17,985 nt of DNA. Origin: Oligoflexia bacterium (GTDB taxonomy: Bacteria; Bdellovibrionota; UBA1018). The stretch is from NCBI GenBank assembly GCA_043732485.1, contig JAYTHP010000039.1:1-17985 (forward strand), given 5' to 3'. Position numbers and translations under genes: made by a program. The notes below the pieces were generated by a model that was not told the origin of the DNA, made no database searches, and was given only the letters and a program-made list of their open reading frames with translations. This document shows, one piece after another, positions 1 through 8,444 of the stretch; position 1 is the first letter of the stretch, and each line of letters begins with the position of its first letter.

Positions 1-182
1 CCATGCGAGCCCCGCTGACTGCTCGTGAATCCCAAGAGGCTGATGTGGAGCAAGCTAAGAGTAAAAATCCTCACCCAGCGCTGCAAAGCGTAAGCTCTCA
101 CTAGAGCGTGGCTGGTTTTTGCGGGAGTGGTGGAGTCCAGCAGCGGCCCGCTAGTGCTGCTGGTGCTGTTTGCATATTTCAT
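1..182 (-). CDS. 5' part of a hypothetical, possibly exported/membrane protein running off the left edge
   Basis: Not in the ORF track. Manual translation from ATG at 182 is open to base 1: MKYANSTSSTSGPLLDSTTPAKTSHALVRAYALQRWVRIFTLSLLHISLLGFTSSQRGSH. It has a hydrophobic stretch after basic residues, is co-oriented with oppC and starts 53 bp downstream of it. A competing + frame ending at TAG 102-104 cannot be excluded. Confidence 0.4.
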   Translation of the reverse strand, partial: MKYANSTSSTSGPLLDSTTPAKTSHALVRAYALQRWVRIFTLSLLHISLLGFTSSQRGSH

Positions 183-235
183 GATTTTGAGACCTGCTTT
201 CTTGCGCTACTCTCCTGAACCGCTCCTCAGGCCTA

Positions 236-1072
236 TCACGCTAGAAAGCGCTGATCCAGAGGAGAGGCCGTTTTTTTTTGTAAATCATGCCCGAGGCCAT
301 CCAGCGCAATCAAGGTACCCACGAGCGTGAGACCCGGGAAAATCATCAGATGGGGATAGCTTTGCATGGCCTGAAAGCCCTCGCTGGCTAGTGTCCCCCA
401 GCTGGAGTAGGGGGGCTGTAAGCCTAAGCCGATAAAGGAGAGAAAGCTTTCTGCGAGAATTTGGGTGGGGATTTGTACGGTAAGCGCCACTAACAGGGGA
501 CGCCAGAGATGGGGCAGGATATGGACCCGCATCAGTCGAGCCTGGCTCATGCCAATGGACACGGCTGCTTCAATAAACGGTAACTCACGCAAGAGCAGCA
601 CTTGGCTTCGAATCAACCGGGCCGGGTTAATCCAAGAGGTGAGGGTCAGCGTCACCAGGATCGCAAAAAAACCGCCACCTAACGCCATACGTAGCAAAAT
701 AGCAAGCAGGAGGGAGGGGAACACCAGCAAGAGATTGATGATTAGCATCAAGAGTGTGTCAAGCCAGCCGCCGTAGAACCCCGCCACTAGCCCGAGGGTG
801 GTGCCAACTAGCAAGGCGCTTAAGCCCGTAGTGGCTGCAACTGCAAGCGACATGCGCGCCCCAAAGAGAATGCGGCTATAGAGATCGCGGCCCAAGGCAT
901 CAGTGCCCATCCAGTGGGTCCAAGATGGGGATTGCAGCCTGGCCTCCATGTCTTGCTCTTGAAAAGAAAAGGGCGCAAGCCACGGCGAGAGCAGGGTGAG
1001 CAGGAGCAAGAGGAGGAGTGCAGCCAGACAAACGCGCCCCCAGGGGTTAAAGCGGTTTTTGAGCGCAATCAT
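236..1072 (-). CDS. oppC: Oligopeptide/dipeptide ABC transporter permease, OppC/DppC family
   Basis: HWMGTDALGRDLYSRILFGARMSL signature, EAA loop (PFIEAAVSIGM), ESFLSFIGLGLQPPYSSWG motif. Overlaps the upstream permease by 4 bp (ATGA). Confidence 0.93.
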   Translation of the reverse strand: MIALKNRFNPWGRVCLAALLLLLLLTLLSPWLAPFSFQEQDMEARLQSPSWTHWMGTDALGRDLYSRILFGARMSLAVAATTGLSALLVGTTLGLVAGFYGGWLDTLLMLIINLLLVFPSLLLAILLRMALGGGFFAILVTLTLTSWINPARLIRSQVLLLRELPFIEAAVSIGMSQARLMRVHILPHLWRPLLVALTVQIPTQILAESFLSFIGLGLQPPYSSWGTLASEGFQAMQSYPHLMIFPGLTLVGTLIALDGLGHDLQKKTASPLDQRFLA

Positions 1073-2094
1073 GAGGGATCGGCGGCGGCGTTATTGCTCC
1101 GGCTTGTGTGAGCGCCTGTCTTGGGGGAAAAAGCGCAAGTAAAGTGGGGTTTGCTAAAAAAAGCCTCAGGGTGTCTGCGGCGCGTGCGCGGATCCAGGGT
1201 CATTTGCAGGCAGTCGACCGCTAAATTGAGCCCAATCAGAAGTAGGCCGTAGCATAGTGTTACGCCCATCACCAGTGGGTAATCGCGATTTAAAATGGCT
1301 TGGATGAAATAGCGGCCCATGCCCGGCAGTTGAAAGATCGTTTCCACCAAGAAGGAACCGGTCAGCAAGTTGGCTGCAATCGGGCTTAACCAGGTCAGCA
1401 GCGGTAAAAAGGCATTGCCTAAGGCGTGCTTGAATAAAATGGTGCGCGGAGTCAGCCCCTTGGCAGTTGCGGTGCGAATAAAATCAGCGGCCAAGACCTC
1501 TTGCAGCGCCCCGCGGGTCAAACGAAACGTGGTCCCTAGCGGCCTGGCACTGAGCGTGATCACCGGTAGGATCCAAGATGTCGGCGTCTCCCAAAGCGCG
1601 GGCGGGAGCAGCTTGAGCCAGAGCGAAAAAAAGAGAATCAAACAGCCTGCAATCAAGTAAGGAGGAAAGTACAAGGCCACAAGTCCTAGGGCCGCGGCAA
1701 AAGAGGCTAGCCAACTCTTCGGCTGCCCCGCACTCAGGCAGCCCAAAAGCGTCCCTAAGGTTGCGGCCAGTACCAGGGCGGTCAAGCCTAGCCCTAAGGA
1801 AAGCGGGAGCGTGTCTGCGATGATCGCAGTCACGGGTCGACCCAAGTATTGCAGCGATTGCCCTAAATCACCGTGGCGCAGCGCCGGCACCAGCCAGCGC
1901 CACCATTGCTGGAGCAGCGGCTCATCCAAGTGATAGCTCTGGGCAAGCGTCGCTTGCAACTCAGGCGATAAGCGTTGCTCGCCGTCAAACGGCCCACCCG
2001 GGGTCACGCGAATTAGGATAAAAGTTAAAAACGAGACAAACACCCACGTCCCCAAAGCCGCAAGCAGTTTGCGTAAAAACGTAGCTAAGCTCAA
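1069..2094 (-). CDS. oppB: Oligopeptide/dipeptide ABC transporter permease, OppB/DppB family
   Basis: PGGPF N-terminal motif, GDLGQS, EAA-like DFIRTATAKGL, ETIFQLPGMG, NRDYPLVMG. The ORF track starts at 2172. I prefer the in-frame TTG at 2094, which has AAAGGA 8 nt upstream and removes an atypical leader. Confidence 0.9.
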   Translation of the reverse strand: MSLATFLRKLLAALGTWVFVSFLTFILIRVTPGGPFDGEQRLSPELQATLAQSYHLDEPLLQQWWRWLVPALRHGDLGQSLQYLGRPVTAIIADTLPLSLGLGLTALVLAATLGTLLGCLSAGQPKSWLASFAAALGLVALYFPPYLIAGCLILFFSLWLKLLPPALWETPTSWILPVITLSARPLGTTFRLTRGALQEVLAADFIRTATAKGLTPRTILFKHALGNAFLPLLTWLSPIAANLLTGSFLVETIFQLPGMGRYFIQAILNRDYPLVMGVTLCYGLLLIGLNLAVDCLQMTLDPRTRRRHPEAFFSKPHFTCAFSPKTGAHTSRSNNAAADPS

Positions 2095-2176
2095 AGCGAG
2101 GTTCCTTTGCCAGGGTGCGCGGGATAGTTCGAACCCATCATCGCCCTTGAAAAAGTACCAGAAAAAAAACAATGCT

Positions 2177-3097
2177 TCACCGGAGCGCCTTCCAATCAGG
2201 ATAGCTCACCCAGCCTGAAGCCTCCGGAAAAGGCTGCGGTGGGTCGTTCGCTAAGCGTTGCTCTGCTGGCTTGGTGCTAGGGAGGTGACTTGTGGGCAAA
2301 CTGCAGCGTTTTTGGTCAGCAAGCAGCGCGGTGAGCGCACAGATCAGTGCATCGAGTGCCGCTAAATGATGGGTCAGCTTGTGAAAGTCGCGCTCATAGA
2401 TGAACAAATCAAAGTACGCGATCAGCTCCTGGAGGATCGCTTCCCGGGCTTCCAGTCCTGCAGCCAGAGTGCGGTAATCACTTAAGAGACTTTTGGGCCA
2501 CTGCAGCCCGGCACTCAGGCAGGCAAACGTCAGCTTCGGGGACACTTCATACAATTGCAGAGTGGGTAAGTGGCGCTGCAAGAAATGCATGCGGGCGGCA
2601 AGCGGAGCGCGATTGCTGCCTAGCGTCTCATCCAACTCAAACAGCGTGTGTTTGGGGAGCTGCGGGAAAACCTGATGTTTCATCCATAACTCCACCGGTC
2701 GTTGAGTGTAAGGCGTGAAGGATCGCGGGAAGGGCTGCGACCCTTTTTTGAGCGTCAGGTCTGCTGCTGCTGCCTGCGCTTCACATTCTCTCATCCATTT
2801 TACTGCCGGGACGTTACAGCGGTGCGGCAAGGGGCACGTTTTCCGGGTGCAGGTGATGCAAGGCGGTAGGGTCAACGGGACGTTAACCCCCATCACCAGC
2901 GGTTGCGTTTCTAACTCCTGCAGCAAGGCCAAGAGTGCTTGATCACCGGTTTGCTGCGACTCCTGGGTAATTTTCTCATAAACGTCCAGCAAAAAGATCT
3001 TCTGGGCGCGGGGGTAAAACTCGAGCACGGCCACCGCAGTTTTTTGATTCTTTCCCCCAGCTAACTCCAAGCCAAGGTAGCGCCTCGACTCAGGCAT
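2177..3097 (-). CDS. DUF429-like predicted nuclease (RNase H-like fold) with Cys-rich insertion
   Basis: N-terminal strands YLGLELAGG..KTAVAVL, then GVNVPL, YEVSP and C-terminal LDALICALTA, matching the DUF429 motif pattern. Insertion CITCTRKTCPLPHRC. Overlaps the kinase gene by 8 bp. Confidence 0.65.
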   Translation of the reverse strand: MPESRRYLGLELAGGKNQKTAVAVLEFYPRAQKIFLLDVYEKITQESQQTGDQALLALLQELETQPLVMGVNVPLTLPPCITCTRKTCPLPHRCNVPAVKWMRECEAQAAAADLTLKKGSQPFPRSFTPYTQRPVELWMKHQVFPQLPKHTLFELDETLGSNRAPLAARMHFLQRHLPTLQLYEVSPKLTFACLSAGLQWPKSLLSDYRTLAAGLEAREAILQELIAYFDLFIYERDFHKLTHHLAALDALICALTALLADQKRCSLPTSHLPSTKPAEQRLANDPPQPFPEASGWVSYPDWKALR

Positions 3098-4217
3098 GGT
3101 GAATCTGAATTTCTAGTCCTTCTAGCTTCCCATGAAATTCTAACTGTCGCATCCCGTGCTGGGCAAAAATGTCAACAATTTGCTGTCTGGCAGCCGGGTC
3201 TTTTTTAGCTAAATAAACAAAAAAACAACCACCACCACCCGCACCGCAGACTTTCGCGGCTAAAACATGTTTGTCGGTGGCAGCCTGCAGCGCGTTATCT
3301 AACGCTAGGGTGCTGATCGACTCGGTGAAATGACGTCTGAGCGCCCATTCCTCTTGCACCAGGTGAAGGATTGCTTCCCAGTCATGGCTCTCCAGCGCAC
3401 TTCTTAACGCTTGGCTGATGTCAGCAATCTGCTGGAAGCGTGCCCGTAAGGAGCCTTCTGAAGTCGCCTGGGAGTCAAAAAATTGATTAAACATTTGCCA
3501 GTTGTTAGTGCCCGAGTTACGCGATTGCCCCGAATAAAATAGTAACACGCGGCGCTCCAGTTCATGAATCACCACCGACGATAAAGCTTCCGAGCGCGGG
3601 GCACCGACATTCCAGGAAATGGCTTGCAAGCCGCCGTACATCGCAGCGTAATAATCTTGCAACCCGGCGGGAATGCCCAGGATTTGCGTCTCAATATCTC
3701 TGACAATGTCGATATACAAGTTGCCTTCGCTCTCAGGTCGAAGCGGCTTGCTCTCCGGGTCCGCCCAGGTGGCTAACGCTCCCACCAGCGCAATGCTTAA
3801 AGCCGAAGAACCTCCTAAGCCCGCACCCGCTGGACTGTGGGAGAGCGATTTTAAGACTAAATGGGTGGTGGGGGCATCGGGGTTGTCTTGCGCGCGCTTT
3901 TTGGCAAAAAATTGGAACAGTTTGGCGTGCAGTTGTAACTCAGCGGGGACAACAAGGCGCTCCCCCGCCGTACTTAAAAACTCACTCCAAGGAAAACTAA
4001 GGGTCTTGCCCAAGTCCTCAGAGATCAGCGTCACAGTCGTCGGCTCATCGTCAGTTTTCTTCGCGGGGAAGGAAAGTTCCACCTCAACCGGGAGACTGAT
4101 GGCAAGATTCAAAGTCAGCGGGCGCTTTAAAAACAAATACAGGGGCCAGATGTCCAGCGTGCCGCCTGCGAGATCAATACGAGTGGGTGCTTGGGCGTGA
4201 ATCGATTTAATGTTCAT
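3090..4217 (-). CDS. GHMP-superfamily sugar kinase, HddA (heptose-7-phosphate kinase)/fucokinase-like
   Basis: APTRIDLAGGTLD (motif 1), SPAGAGLGGSSA (ATP loop), GLQDYYAAMYGG, KVCGAGGGG (motif 3). ATG at 4217 chosen over TTG at 4223. Substrate cannot be determined from sequence. Confidence 0.88.
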   Translation of the reverse strand: MNIKSIHAQAPTRIDLAGGTLDIWPLYLFLKRPLTLNLAISLPVEVELSFPAKKTDDEPTTVTLISEDLGKTLSFPWSEFLSTAGERLVVPAELQLHAKLFQFFAKKRAQDNPDAPTTHLVLKSLSHSPAGAGLGGSSALSIALVGALATWADPESKPLRPESEGNLYIDIVRDIETQILGIPAGLQDYYAAMYGGLQAISWNVGAPRSEALSSVVIHELERRVLLFYSGQSRNSGTNNWQMFNQFFDSQATSEGSLRARFQQIADISQALRSALESHDWEAILHLVQEEWALRRHFTESISTLALDNALQAATDKHVLAAKVCGAGGGGCFFVYLAKKDPAARQQIVDIFAQHGMRQLEFHGKLEGLEIQIHHA

Positions 4218-4767
4218 TTTCAATGGTTCCGATGTAAGGTAGGCCTCTCATTTTTCCTTGCCAGTCTAGTCCATAGCCTACCACAAACTCTGAGTTAATT
4301 TTAAAGCCTAAATAATCAATCTTCAGATCACTTTTCAAGCCTTCCGCCCGCTGCAATAATGCCACCGTTTGAATCGAGGCAGGTTGTCTGGCTTTCAGCG
4401 TGGAGACGATATAGGATAAGGTTAAGCCGGAACTCACCAGGTCTTCCACCACTAAGACGTGGCGATTTTCCAGCGGCTCAGTGACATCCAGCGTGATTTT
4501 GACTTCCCCCGAGTGCGCAAGGCGGGCATAGGGGTGTACGCCTAAGAATTCACACGTCAAAGGAAAGTCAAGCTGGCGTATCAAATCAGCAAAGAAAATG
4601 AAACTTCCCTTCAAGACTGCAATCACGGTGACGGCTTTTTGGTGGTAGAGGCGGTGATAGTCCTGGTTAATTTCACTAGCCAGTTCGCTGAGTCTGGCTT
4701 GCAGCTTGTCTTCAGCAATCAAGGGGTTAGGCCTTGTGGCGTCCAAGAGCGAGGGGGGTGTGGGCAT
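4207..4767 (-). CDS. hpt: Hypoxanthine phosphoribosyltransferase homologue with divergent active site
   Basis: VLKGSFIFFADL, PRPP loop VLVVEDLVSSGLTL, FVVGYGLD..RGLPYIG. AAGGAG lies upstream. Confidence 0.88.
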   Translation of the reverse strand: MPTPPSLLDATRPNPLIAEDKLQARLSELASEINQDYHRLYHQKAVTVIAVLKGSFIFFADLIRQLDFPLTCEFLGVHPYARLAHSGEVKITLDVTEPLENRHVLVVEDLVSSGLTLSYIVSTLKARQPASIQTVALLQRAEGLKSDLKIDYLGFKINSEFVVGYGLDWQGKMRGLPYIGTIENEH

Positions 4768-4847
4768 ACGAAACTCTTTACTCCTTTAGAAAAGCTAGTA
4801 GGCAAGCTTGGACAAGACAAGTGAAGTTGCAGCTAGACAGGGCGACC

Positions 4848-5474
4848 TTAGGCTTGCTGCAGTTTTTTGGGTAGGTCCACCCCTTCCAGAGCTTCAGGGA
4901 TGTGGCAAAAACGACAGCGCGCCTCATAGTCTTCTTTGGCACCCACTAAAATTTGCTGACGACCCTTTTGTGTCCCGTCAGAAGGGGAAATGCGTTGGGT
5001 CCTAGAAGCAGAATTACCACAAATCACGCAAACTGCTAAAAGTTTTGTCACACTTTCTGCAATCGCAAGCATTTGGGGCATAGAACCAAATGGCTCGCCC
5101 TGATAATCCATGTCAAGCCCTGCGACGATGACTTGCAAGCCGCGATTCGCAAGTTTTTGCGCCACAGAGACAATCTCGGCGTCAAAAAACTGGGCTTCGT
5201 CAATTCCGACAATTTGCGTTTTATCATGCAAGTGCGCCAGAATCTCTCGCGCGTTTTTGACCGTAAGCGATGGCAAGCGATTGGCATTATGACTTTGAAT
5301 GTGCTTTAGGCTAAACCGGTCGTCCAGCTCCGGCTTAAAAATCTGCACCCGCTGCTTGGCAAAGTGTGCCCGGCGGATGCGACGCAACAACTCCTCTGTC
5401 TTTCCACTAAACATCCCCCCGCAGATCACTTCAATCCAGCCGCAGGCGTCAGGCATTCGGTTGCGAATCAGCAT
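4848..5474 (-). CDS. tdk: Thymidine kinase (type II, TK1-like)
   Basis: GWIEVICGGMFSGKTEEL P-loop, IDEAQFF, VIVAGLDMDY.GEPF, Zn ligands CVIC and RCRFC. Confidence 0.96.
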   Translation of the reverse strand: MLIRNRMPDACGWIEVICGGMFSGKTEELLRRIRRAHFAKQRVQIFKPELDDRFSLKHIQSHNANRLPSLTVKNAREILAHLHDKTQIVGIDEAQFFDAEIVSVAQKLANRGLQVIVAGLDMDYQGEPFGSMPQMLAIAESVTKLLAVCVICGNSASRTQRISPSDGTQKGRQQILVGAKEDYEARCRFCHIPEALEGVDLPKKLQQA

Positions 5475-5484
5475 GGACTTCTTA

Positions 5485-5494
5485 CCCCCCCCCC
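5485..5494 (-). repeat. G10 homopolymer at the ribosome-binding position of tdk
   Basis: C10 on the + strand. On the - strand it reads AAGA-G10-TAAGAAGTCC-ATG. Confidence 0.75.
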
Positions 5495-5664
5495 TCTTGT
5501 TCTCTCAGTCTGTTTCTTTGTCTAAAGCTCTTCGTCTCAGCTTGCTTCCCTTGGTTGGAGGACCCCGCAAAAGCCACTGACGGCGGGCAACTGCCGGCTC
5601 ATGGTCGTCGGTCCCCCGGACCTCTCGCCGCTGCCTTCTCTCGCGTGTGGGTGCGAGTTCCAGT

Positions 5665-6588
5665 CTAAAGAATACCTACAGTTTTCAGAAAACCCCAACT
5701 GAAAAAAGCCACTAGGGACCAAAAAAAAGTACCCAGTAACGCCAGCCAAAGCGAAGCACTTAAGAGAAAGTGGGGGAACAGCGCCGCCAGCAGCGCGCGT
5801 AGCAGTGAGGTCTGAAACAGCGCCCGCACGCCGTAACTGGTGGCAAGCAGCAGCCCCAAGCTGTTGCCCCAAGCACCCAGCACGCGCAAAAAGCTGAAGC
5901 TTTGCGCATAGCTCAGCGTGATCAAAGCCAAGCTAAAGCGCGATAGCGCTGGGCGCCCTGTCGGCAGGGTGTGAGTGGGCCCCCTGGGTAGCAAAAAACC
6001 TGCAGCCAGCACCAAAAAGGTTGCTTGCACGGTGAGTGAGAGCAGCTCGGTAAAAGGGTCTAACGCTAGCCCGCTTAAAGAAAAAAACCAGTTGAGCACA
6101 CTGTGAGCTAGATTCGGCTGCCGCCAGGGCGGTGCAGGATCCACCAGGAAGGCCAGCATTTGCTTTAAGGCAGCTGATCCCAAACTTCCCGGCCAATGGC
6201 CAAGCCAGCTTCCCCTTCCCCCCTGCCCGGGATGGAGCAAGGCTGCAAAGCCAGAGGGGGGCGGAAAGATCATCTCCCCCAGCCCTTGCGACAAGAAGAC
6301 GACCCCGCTGCTCAGCCAGTGAGTGATTAAACCAAAACACAGGGCCTGCTGCAGCGGAGCGTGAGCCGCAAACGACGTATCACGGACGACGAGGGCGGCG
6401 ACATCAGTGGCATCAGCATTAGAGCTGTTTGCCGTGGAACGCAAGCCTAGGCTTAGCGCTAAGTGCTCAAAAAACGTGCGCGGCCGCAGTAAGCACTCCC
6501 AGAGTTGCTGGCAGTACCTCCGAAGGTAAGCTTGAAGTTGCGCGGTGAGTCCACCCGCTGCTGGCTTGGCTGAGAGCGGCTCGATCAC
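5665..6588 (-). CDS. Multi-pass membrane protein, possibly Yip1-like
   Basis: About 5 hydrophobic segments and an N-terminal LLRPRTFFEHL like the P..FF motif of Yip1-family proteins. Start placed at the in-frame GTG 6588, which overlaps the upstream TGA (GTGA), rather than 6645. Confidence 0.6.
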   Translation of the reverse strand: MIEPLSAKPAAGGLTAQLQAYLRRYCQQLWECLLRPRTFFEHLALSLGLRSTANSSNADATDVAALVVRDTSFAAHAPLQQALCFGLITHWLSSGVVFLSQGLGEMIFPPPSGFAALLHPGQGGRGSWLGHWPGSLGSAALKQMLAFLVDPAPPWRQPNLAHSVLNWFFSLSGLALDPFTELLSLTVQATFLVLAAGFLLPRGPTHTLPTGRPALSRFSLALITLSYAQSFSFLRVLGAWGNSLGLLLATSYGVRALFQTSLLRALLAALFPHFLLSASLWLALLGTFFWSLVAFFSWGFLKTVGIL

Positions 6589-8396
6589 TGCTGCGGAGAG
6601 GCAGATGGCGTCGCGGCAGCTGCTTGCAAGGAGGTAGGCTCCCAAGGGAGTGCTGAGACTAGCGTTTTATCCAAGCGCCAGAGCTCGTGTAAGGGGGAGT
6701 GCTGATCCTGGCCATAGAGCTCGTCTTGTTTTTTGCAAAACTTCCAATCCCGTCGCAGCTCACCAGCCTCGTTTTTCACAGTGAAGCGTAAAACCGGCTC
6801 CTGATTGAAGGCTTGCTCAGCAAGACGGTGTTCTGCCGATCCAGGTTGGAGAAACGACTGGATTTTCTCGCCGGCTAGTTCCTCTAACATTTTTTTCACG
6901 CTGGCTGGGTTCACAGCCAGCGTGCTTTCCCAGACTTCATTCTTCCACGTGAGTGCCATCTCAGGGTGATCCGGATGACTCCACTGCAAGGTCAGTTGCT
7001 TGGCCAGCGTCTTGTCTTGCGGGCTCAGTGGTTTTTTCAGCTGGAGGTCGCTGATTTTCTTGGAGAGTTTTTCAAAAGTGGCTCCGTCAATCTCAAATAA
7101 CGGATCCTCTGAGGAAACCGTCACGAGTAACGTGCCCTTGTCGTCCGCTTCGTCACGACTGGCAGGGGCGTCGTCGCTGTTGCTCTCCGTGGCAGGACCT
7201 AGCATTTTTTTGCGCAGTTGTGCAAGCAGCGGCGAGTGGGGAGTAGAGCGATAGACTTGCACGCTGATGGAGTGGGACTCCGTCTTGTGATCACCGCTTT
7301 CCCCGGCCGAGGCCTTCTTCTGGTGACCAATCGCCAGGCTGGCCACGAGCGGTGATTGTTTCAGCAGCGTTTGCACCTCGGGGTCAGTTTTGTGGTTGGC
7401 AAGCAGATCTTTTGCGGTGGCTGAGAGCAGCGCCGATAATACCGAACTGACCGACTCACTTTCGCTGCTCACCCACAGTTGCGGTTTGAGTTCAAGCTCC
7501 CACCGACCTGCGACGCTATCGGAAGAAGACGTCGTCGACGCTCCTGTTTTGTTTTTCGCAAGCGTAAAGTGGCTGTCAGCGGCGGCGGCTGTCGGCTGCT
7601 TCGACTTCTTCTTGGAGTGCGTTGCCTCTGTGGATGGGTTACTATGGAAGCTCACTTTTTCGATTTCCGGCATTTGCAGCGTCAGCAGCTTCTTGTCGCG
7701 CCAGTAACTGAGGGACTTCTCGGCGTGAGCCCGAATGAAGCTTGGCACCAGCACCACTTTGGTAATGTCTTCCAGCCTGACTTGCACCTGTTGTTGGTTC
7801 GAAGCGGCGTCGGACACTCCCTCAGGCGCTTGGGCCGGAGTCGCTTTTGGGTCTTTTGCTTGGGCATTTTCCACCCAACCGAAGGAGGTGTCGCCGATGG
7901 GATGCTTGTTGCCTAAATAAAGCGTGGTCCGACCTTGGGGTGTCAAGACGGTAATTCGCAGGGCCTTTTTCAGCCCTTCTAGATCCAAACCATACTCTTT
8001 CAGCATTTTGAGCTTCTTCTCAGCCGATTCCTCTTTTAGATCCAGGGTCTCATTCGGATTGGCCGATGCCAAGCCTGAGAGCATTGAGTTGACCACCCCT
8101 GAGTCCGCTCTTGCCTGCAGCGGCGCTTGCATCTCCCATTTTGAGCGATCCTGGGTGTGACACAGCATCGCCTCCCGGTCCAAGCAAGACAAAACCACGG
8201 TCGGGGAGCCAGGCGCAGCCAGCTGCACCTGCTCAATGGTCAGGTCTTTGAGCTGGAACAGATGCTTGGTGTTCTCATCGAGTTCCTCTTGAGCCGGACG
8301 GTGGTTGAATTCTAGCCAGTAAGTGAAGGAACCTAATCCAAACAACAGAAAGGCTAGAAACGCTTGACGATTCCAAGAAACAGCAGGATTAATCAT
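6585..8396 (-). CDS. DUF4340-like membrane-anchored periplasmic protein
   Basis: One N-terminal TM helix, then repeated W.M..P...AD...V..ML / EYGL / LYLG / WRDKKLL modules. It lies directly after a GldG-like gene, the usual context. GAGG SD. Confidence 0.75.
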   Translation of the reverse strand: MINPAVSWNRQAFLAFLLFGLGSFTYWLEFNHRPAQEELDENTKHLFQLKDLTIEQVQLAAPGSPTVVLSCLDREAMLCHTQDRSKWEMQAPLQARADSGVVNSMLSGLASANPNETLDLKEESAEKKLKMLKEYGLDLEGLKKALRITVLTPQGRTTLYLGNKHPIGDTSFGWVENAQAKDPKATPAQAPEGVSDAASNQQQVQVRLEDITKVVLVPSFIRAHAEKSLSYWRDKKLLTLQMPEIEKVSFHSNPSTEATHSKKKSKQPTAAAADSHFTLAKNKTGASTTSSSDSVAGRWELELKPQLWVSSESESVSSVLSALLSATAKDLLANHKTDPEVQTLLKQSPLVASLAIGHQKKASAGESGDHKTESHSISVQVYRSTPHSPLLAQLRKKMLGPATESNSDDAPASRDEADDKGTLLVTVSSEDPLFEIDGATFEKLSKKISDLQLKKPLSPQDKTLAKQLTLQWSHPDHPEMALTWKNEVWESTLAVNPASVKKMLEELAGEKIQSFLQPGSAEHRLAEQAFNQEPVLRFTVKNEAGELRRDWKFCKKQDELYGQDQHSPLHELWRLDKTLVSALPWEPTSLQAAAATPSASPQQ

Positions 8397-8444
8397 TGTG
8401 TTGACCTCTCTTCACGCAAAATGGGTGACTCAAAAAAGCGAACC

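Noticed and set aside
128..141. Minus-strand ...GACTCCACCA resembling a tRNA/tmRNA 3' end or att site
   Set aside because: No TTCRA loop upstream and no integrase nearby. It lies within a plausible CDS.
2112..2147. tRNA T-arm-like GATAG-TTCGAAC-CCATC inside a short hairpin upstream of oppB
   Set aside because: The stem has a mismatch and there is no D arm, anticodon arm or CCA end. At most a small leader hairpin.
2095..2172. N-terminal extension MFFFWYFFKG... of oppB in the ORF track
   Set aside because: Encoded by a T-rich tract without an SD. The downstream TTG at 2094 has an SD and gives a normal OppB N-terminus.
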